In this document: in pieces, positions 58,038 to 64,000 of the stretch
How positions within the stretch are numbered: position 1 is the stretch's first letter
Layout of the letters: every line of letters starts with the position of its first letter
DNA from: Planktothrix sp. GU0601_MAG3
GTDB taxonomy: Bacteria; Cyanobacteriota; Cyanobacteriia; Cyanobacteriales; Microcoleaceae
Length of the DNA stretch: 64,000 nt
NCBI GenBank assembly: GCA_035193785.1
Contig: CP136572.1
Span: forward strand, 3,156,578 to 3,220,577
Reading direction: 5' to 3'
Position numbers and translations under genes: made by a program
The notes under the pieces: generated by a model
Told to the model about the DNA's origin: nothing
Database searches by the model: none
What the model saw: the letters and a program-made list of their open reading frames with translations, nothing else

Positions 58038-58366
58038 TAATTTTTGATCTCTAATAATATTGGTTAAGAATTGATAGTACAGAATAACTTTATAAATTTA
58101 TCTTTTTGTAATATGAATATTTTTCATTATGAATATGTACCGCCTGCATTTCCGAAAAGAATGCGATTAACTATTAATAAAGAGGGGGATATCTTATGAG
58201 TCTAAAAACATATTTTATTTGATAAAAAACTTCTTTTAAAAGCCGTTTTGAGGTTGAATTACATTGTTTTTGCTTTATTCAGTGCAACTTCATAGATAAA
58301 TTTTAAGGACGTTTTTTAATAGTAGAATGGGCATAACCCATCCTACTAACCCTTATGGGCTAACAA

Positions 58367-60368
<2,002 letters not shown>

Positions 60369-60725
60369 TTAAACTATTCCTTAGAGTTTTGTGGGTTAAT
60401 ATTCCCCGGTCTAATTATACCTAATAACTAATCCAGGGATTGTGTTAATCTGCACCCTGAAACACATTCAGCAATTTGGGAGTCAACGTGATCCTGTAGA
60501 TCCTTGAGTCCTAGGATCGTAGCTACAACCAAATTAACCTTAGATCAGGTTTAATTCAAGAGTAGGCTCAATTCCTACTTCTACCCGTTAAGTTTAGAAA
60601 CCGGAGATCTAAACCTAACTTAAGTATTCAATTCTACCTCTATTATACTCAAAATAAAACCCCTAAACCCGTCGATTAAAAGAGTTAAGGGGAAAGAGAA
60701 TCATCTCCGTATATTTCCGTTTGAA

Positions 60726-61460
60726 CTAATAAGCTCCATTATTTTTAGGAAAAATTACAACACCAATAGTTTTAACGACAATCCCCAAGTCTGTCCAAAA
60801 ATTCTTGAAAGTGACATAGTATAAATCCATCTGAACTCGGCGAGGATAGGGAATATCATTGCGTCCCGAAACTTGCCACAGTCCAGTAATACCGGGTTTA
60901 ATCGTTAGGATTTTATCCATGTGACGACCATATTTGTGCAGTTCTTCCACAACCAAAGGTCTAGGGCCAACTACACTCATGTCTCCGATTAAAACATTCC
61001 AAAATTGGGGAAATTCATCTAAACTGGTCACCCGCAGAAACCGACCTATCCAAGTAATTCTAGGATCATGTTTAAGCTTGAAATTGTTCTGAAATTCTTC
61101 TCGTAAATGGGGAGAAGTTTCCATGATTTGCGTTAACATTTCATCGGCATTACTCACCATCGTTCTGAATTTAATACAGCCGAATAACTGGCGATTTTTT
61201 CCGACGCGCTCCTGTACATAAAAAACTGACCCCGGAGAGCTTAATGCAATCAGCAGAGCCAAAATTAGGTAGACCGGAGCAAATAAAATCAGAACAGACA
61301 GAGAGAAGACAATATCAAACAATCGTTTCCAAAATTCCTCATCTACACGCTGTAGAGAGAGGCGTTCAGGTATTGCTCGATAGACCAAGGGCAGAACCCC
61401 TTGCCTTGTAAACCCACGCCGAAGTCCCTTACCAAAGATGAGTTGGCTATTGGCGGTCAT
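60726..61460 (-). CDS. Priming sugar-phosphate transferase (bacterial sugar transferase family)
   Basis: KRLFD, KFRTM, DPRIT, SLDEFPQ, VGPRP, PGITGLWQV. Confidence 0.92.
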   Translation of the reverse strand: MTANSQLIFGKGLRRGFTRQGVLPLVYRAIPERLSLQRVDEEFWKRLFDIVFSLSVLILFAPVYLILALLIALSSPGSVFYVQERVGKNRQLFGCIKFRTMVSNADEMLTQIMETSPHLREEFQNNFKLKHDPRITWIGRFLRVTSLDEFPQFWNVLIGDMSVVGPRPLVVEELHKYGRHMDKILTIKPGITGLWQVSGRNDIPYPRRVQMDLYYVTFKNFWTDLGIVVKTIGVVIFPKNNGAY

Positions 61461-61699
61461 CTTACTCCTTCAATTCACACCACACACAGTCCTGATCATA
61501 AAGCCTCAAGACACCCAATAGGTAATTCGGCTTTAGTTCGTCAAAATTCGGATAGAAAATTGTTCCTCTGAGGACGGGAAAACTCAAGTACAGCAGGGGT
61601 AAACGGCTAAATTTGCTACCCACCAATCTAAGTATTCCTGGGTTTTCCACCCTCCGTCATCGGAAAGGGATTTTCAGAAGTCCGAAATTAATTGGCATT

Positions 61700-62848
61700 T
61701 TAGCTGATATTGCCCGATTGAAATTGTTGCCAACAATGCTCCACAAATCCCCAGTAATGTTCTTGGAATTGTTTCGGGCTAAATTGGGCGGCATTTAATC
61801 GGGCCATATCGGGGTTAAACTGGTTCCTAGACTGCTCAAAGGCTTCCACCGTCTCCACTAAGGCTTCCTCGGTTTGGGCGGAAAATAACAGACCCGTGGC
61901 AGAATCTGGATATTGTCGCAGATCTCGCACAGTTTCTAAAGCCCCTCCGGCTCCGTAGGCAATTACTGGAGTCCCACAGGCTTGAGCTTCTACTAAGGCG
62001 ATGCCAAAATCTTCACAAGAGGCATAAACAAAGGCTTTGGCATCCCTCATATACTGGTCTACAACCTCATTCGGTTGCCAGCCTAACACCTGAATATTGG
62101 GTTTAGCCATTTCTTGAATAGCGTTCAATTCGGCCCCCGTCCCAATTACAATTAACGGGTATCCTAGGCGATTGAAGGCTTGGACAATCAAGGAAATTTT
62201 TTTATAACTGACCAAACGACAAACCGTTAAGTAAAAATCCTGTTTTTGCGGTTGAAACTGAAAGCGCTCCACCTGTACCGGGGGATAAATCACCCTAGCC
62301 GGACGACGATAACAGCGCCAAATCCTTCGGGCTGTATGTTGGGAATTCGCCATAAAATAATCCACCCGGTTCGCCGAGACCACATCCCACAGCCGTAAAC
62401 GATGCAACAGATAGCGGGTAAACACCCCTTGCAGCCCCTTTCCGGCGAAACTACTGTTCAGGTAGTCAAAGGTTAAATCCCAGGCATAGCGCATGGGTGT
62501 ATGGCAGTAACAGAGGTGCAGTTGATGGGGACTGGTGAGCACTCCTTTCGCCACCGCATGGGAGGAGGAGAGAATCACGTCATAACCTCGGACGTCTAGT
62601 TGTTCGATGGCCAGGGGCAGTAGGGGCAGATATTTCTGCACTCCAGAACGGGCTTTGGGGAAATGTTGCAGAAAGGTTGTACCGATGGAGCGTTGATACA
62701 AATAGCTATCGGGGTTGGTGGATTCAAAATCAATCAGGGAGTAAACATCCGCCTGAATATGTTTGAGAATTTCCTGGACAACGAGTTCCGAACCTCCCGT
62801 CGCCAGGGGTGTTAACCATTCATGAACCATTGCATAGGTTAACGACAC
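61700..62848 (-). CDS. GT4 family glycosyltransferase
   Basis: HEWL...GGSE, YCHTPMRYAW, EDFGIALVEAQACG. Confidence 0.9.
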   Translation of the reverse strand: MSLTYAMVHEWLTPLATGGSELVVQEILKHIQADVYSLIDFESTNPDSYLYQRSIGTTFLQHFPKARSGVQKYLPLLPLAIEQLDVRGYDVILSSSHAVAKGVLTSPHQLHLCYCHTPMRYAWDLTFDYLNSSFAGKGLQGVFTRYLLHRLRLWDVVSANRVDYFMANSQHTARRIWRCYRRPARVIYPPVQVERFQFQPQKQDFYLTVCRLVSYKKISLIVQAFNRLGYPLIVIGTGAELNAIQEMAKPNIQVLGWQPNEVVDQYMRDAKAFVYASCEDFGIALVEAQACGTPVIAYGAGGALETVRDLRQYPDSATGLLFSAQTEEALVETVEAFEQSRNQFNPDMARLNAAQFSPKQFQEHYWGFVEHCWQQFQSGNIS

Positions 62849-63206
62849 AACAAACATCCGTCCCAGATAGTGCAAGAATTAATATCCCACACCTGGGGAA
62901 TTAGGGGAATATTATACATTTTATTTTCTAACAAAATTTGACTATCTTTGCCCAAATTAGACTATCCTGTTCTACACTATTCAGAATCTCCAGGGTGCAG
63001 GGAAAATGTAGAAGAAGATACAAATTTACTCCGACTTCCTCCGCTAAGTAATGGGCGTCGGCAGAATACGGATCTCGCTTCTACGGAGTATTAACCAGAG
63101 AATAGGGGATAGACATGGCTAGGTTAGTTGCCAGTCTATTATTCCCTAACTTAACAATTAGCAAAAACCAGTTAATCAATCTTTGATTAAACCCTTAAAC
63201 CCTCAA

Positions 63207-64000
63207 ATGATGCTAGAAAAAAACTTTTCCCAAGAATCCTTTAAGGATCAAAAAAATTCTATCTTTTCCGAATCTGAAAACTGGAAAAATACGACTATTG
63301 ACCTCAAGGTTTGGCATGAAAAACAGAAGAATAAACCCCCGGTTTTTTCCGATGGTTCTGAATTCGTGATTCCACAACGAGAAATTTTTGAAGCGATCGC
63401 AGAATTCACACCCATTCCCATTGTGATTAGCCGTTTATCCGATGGTTTAATCCTATATGCTAATTCCCTCTCCAGTGATTTATTTGATTTTCCCCTTGAT
63501 CAGATCAAAACTATCAAAACCCTAGGATTTTATCCCATTGCCTTAGAGCGACAAAAATTAATTGATAAAATTATCGCCGAAGGCTATATTCATAACCATG
63601 AACTGCCAGTTCAAAAAACCGATGGTACTCCCTTTTGGGTGATGGGTTCCTTCCGAATTATACCCTTTCAAGGTGAACAAGCTATCCTTTCTATGTTCCA
63701 TGATATTACGGAGCGGAAAAAAACCGAAACCACTCTACAATTAAGTACAGAACGCCTCTATCGTCAAAATGTTGCCCTACGGGATTTAAGTCGAGAACAA
63801 ACCCACAATTCTGATCATATTGATACAGCCATTCGCAAAATTACCGAAACCGCTGCCCATACTTTAGACGTGGATATAGTGAGTGTTTGGCTCCATAGTG
63901 GCTTGGGTGATTCTCTATCAGATCAAGAGCGAGTCAATGATTTAAACCCAGGTTGTGGGGATGAACTTTGGGTTAAACAAAATGCTTTAGAATGGACTTG
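63207..64000 (+). CDS. PAS/PAC then GAF-like sensor protein, truncated by the window end (not in ORF track)
   Basis: Open frame; DGLILYAN, KTDGTPFWV, DITERK, then ITETAAHTLDVDIVSVW. Confidence 0.8.
   Translation, partial: MMLEKNFSQESFKDQKNSIFSESENWKNTTIDLKVWHEKQKNKPPVFSDGSEFVIPQREIFEAIAEFTPIPIVISRLSDGLILYANSLSSDLFDFPLDQIKTIKTLGFYPIALERQKLIDKIIAEGYIHNHELPVQKTDGTPFWVMGSFRIIPFQGEQAILSMFHDITERKKTETTLQLSTERLYRQNVALRDLSREQTHNSDHIDTAIRKITETAAHTLDVDIVSVWLHSGLGDSLSDQERVNDLNPGCGDELWVKQNALEWT

Overview
This is chromosomal DNA from a filamentous cyanobacterium: HIP1 octamers (GCGATCGC) are abundant, there are heptamer STRR arrays, and petG, psbP, psb34 and cytM are present. An Oscillatoriales/Planktothrix-like origin is my impression, not a search result. 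The window is mostly housekeeping: a sigma factor, pxcA, carbonic anhydrase and SbtA/SbtB-like cluster, panB, glmU, thiG, rnc, rnpB, ppk1, mutS2, a RuBisCO-like-protein methionine-salvage operon (mtnD-mtnW-mtnB), gmk, gmd/fcl, two tRNAs, several MITE/REP-like elements and a small AT-rich NB-ARC island. Two signals stand out. First, all 28 reading-frame breaks I could locate, including in essential genes, are repaired by removing an insertion at the same 4-mer class: GAAC/GTTC read as GAAAC/GTTTC (24 cases) or GTAC read as GTATAC (4 cases). This points to a motif-specific DNA modification disturbing base-calling; GAAC/GTTC is the classic Dnd phosphorothioate motif. These genes are therefore called as probably intact. 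Second, an unannotated ~490-nt, promoter-preceded, three-domain structured RNA candidate lies at about 12212-12698, with a repeated internal-loop motif. No database searches or folding computations were run.
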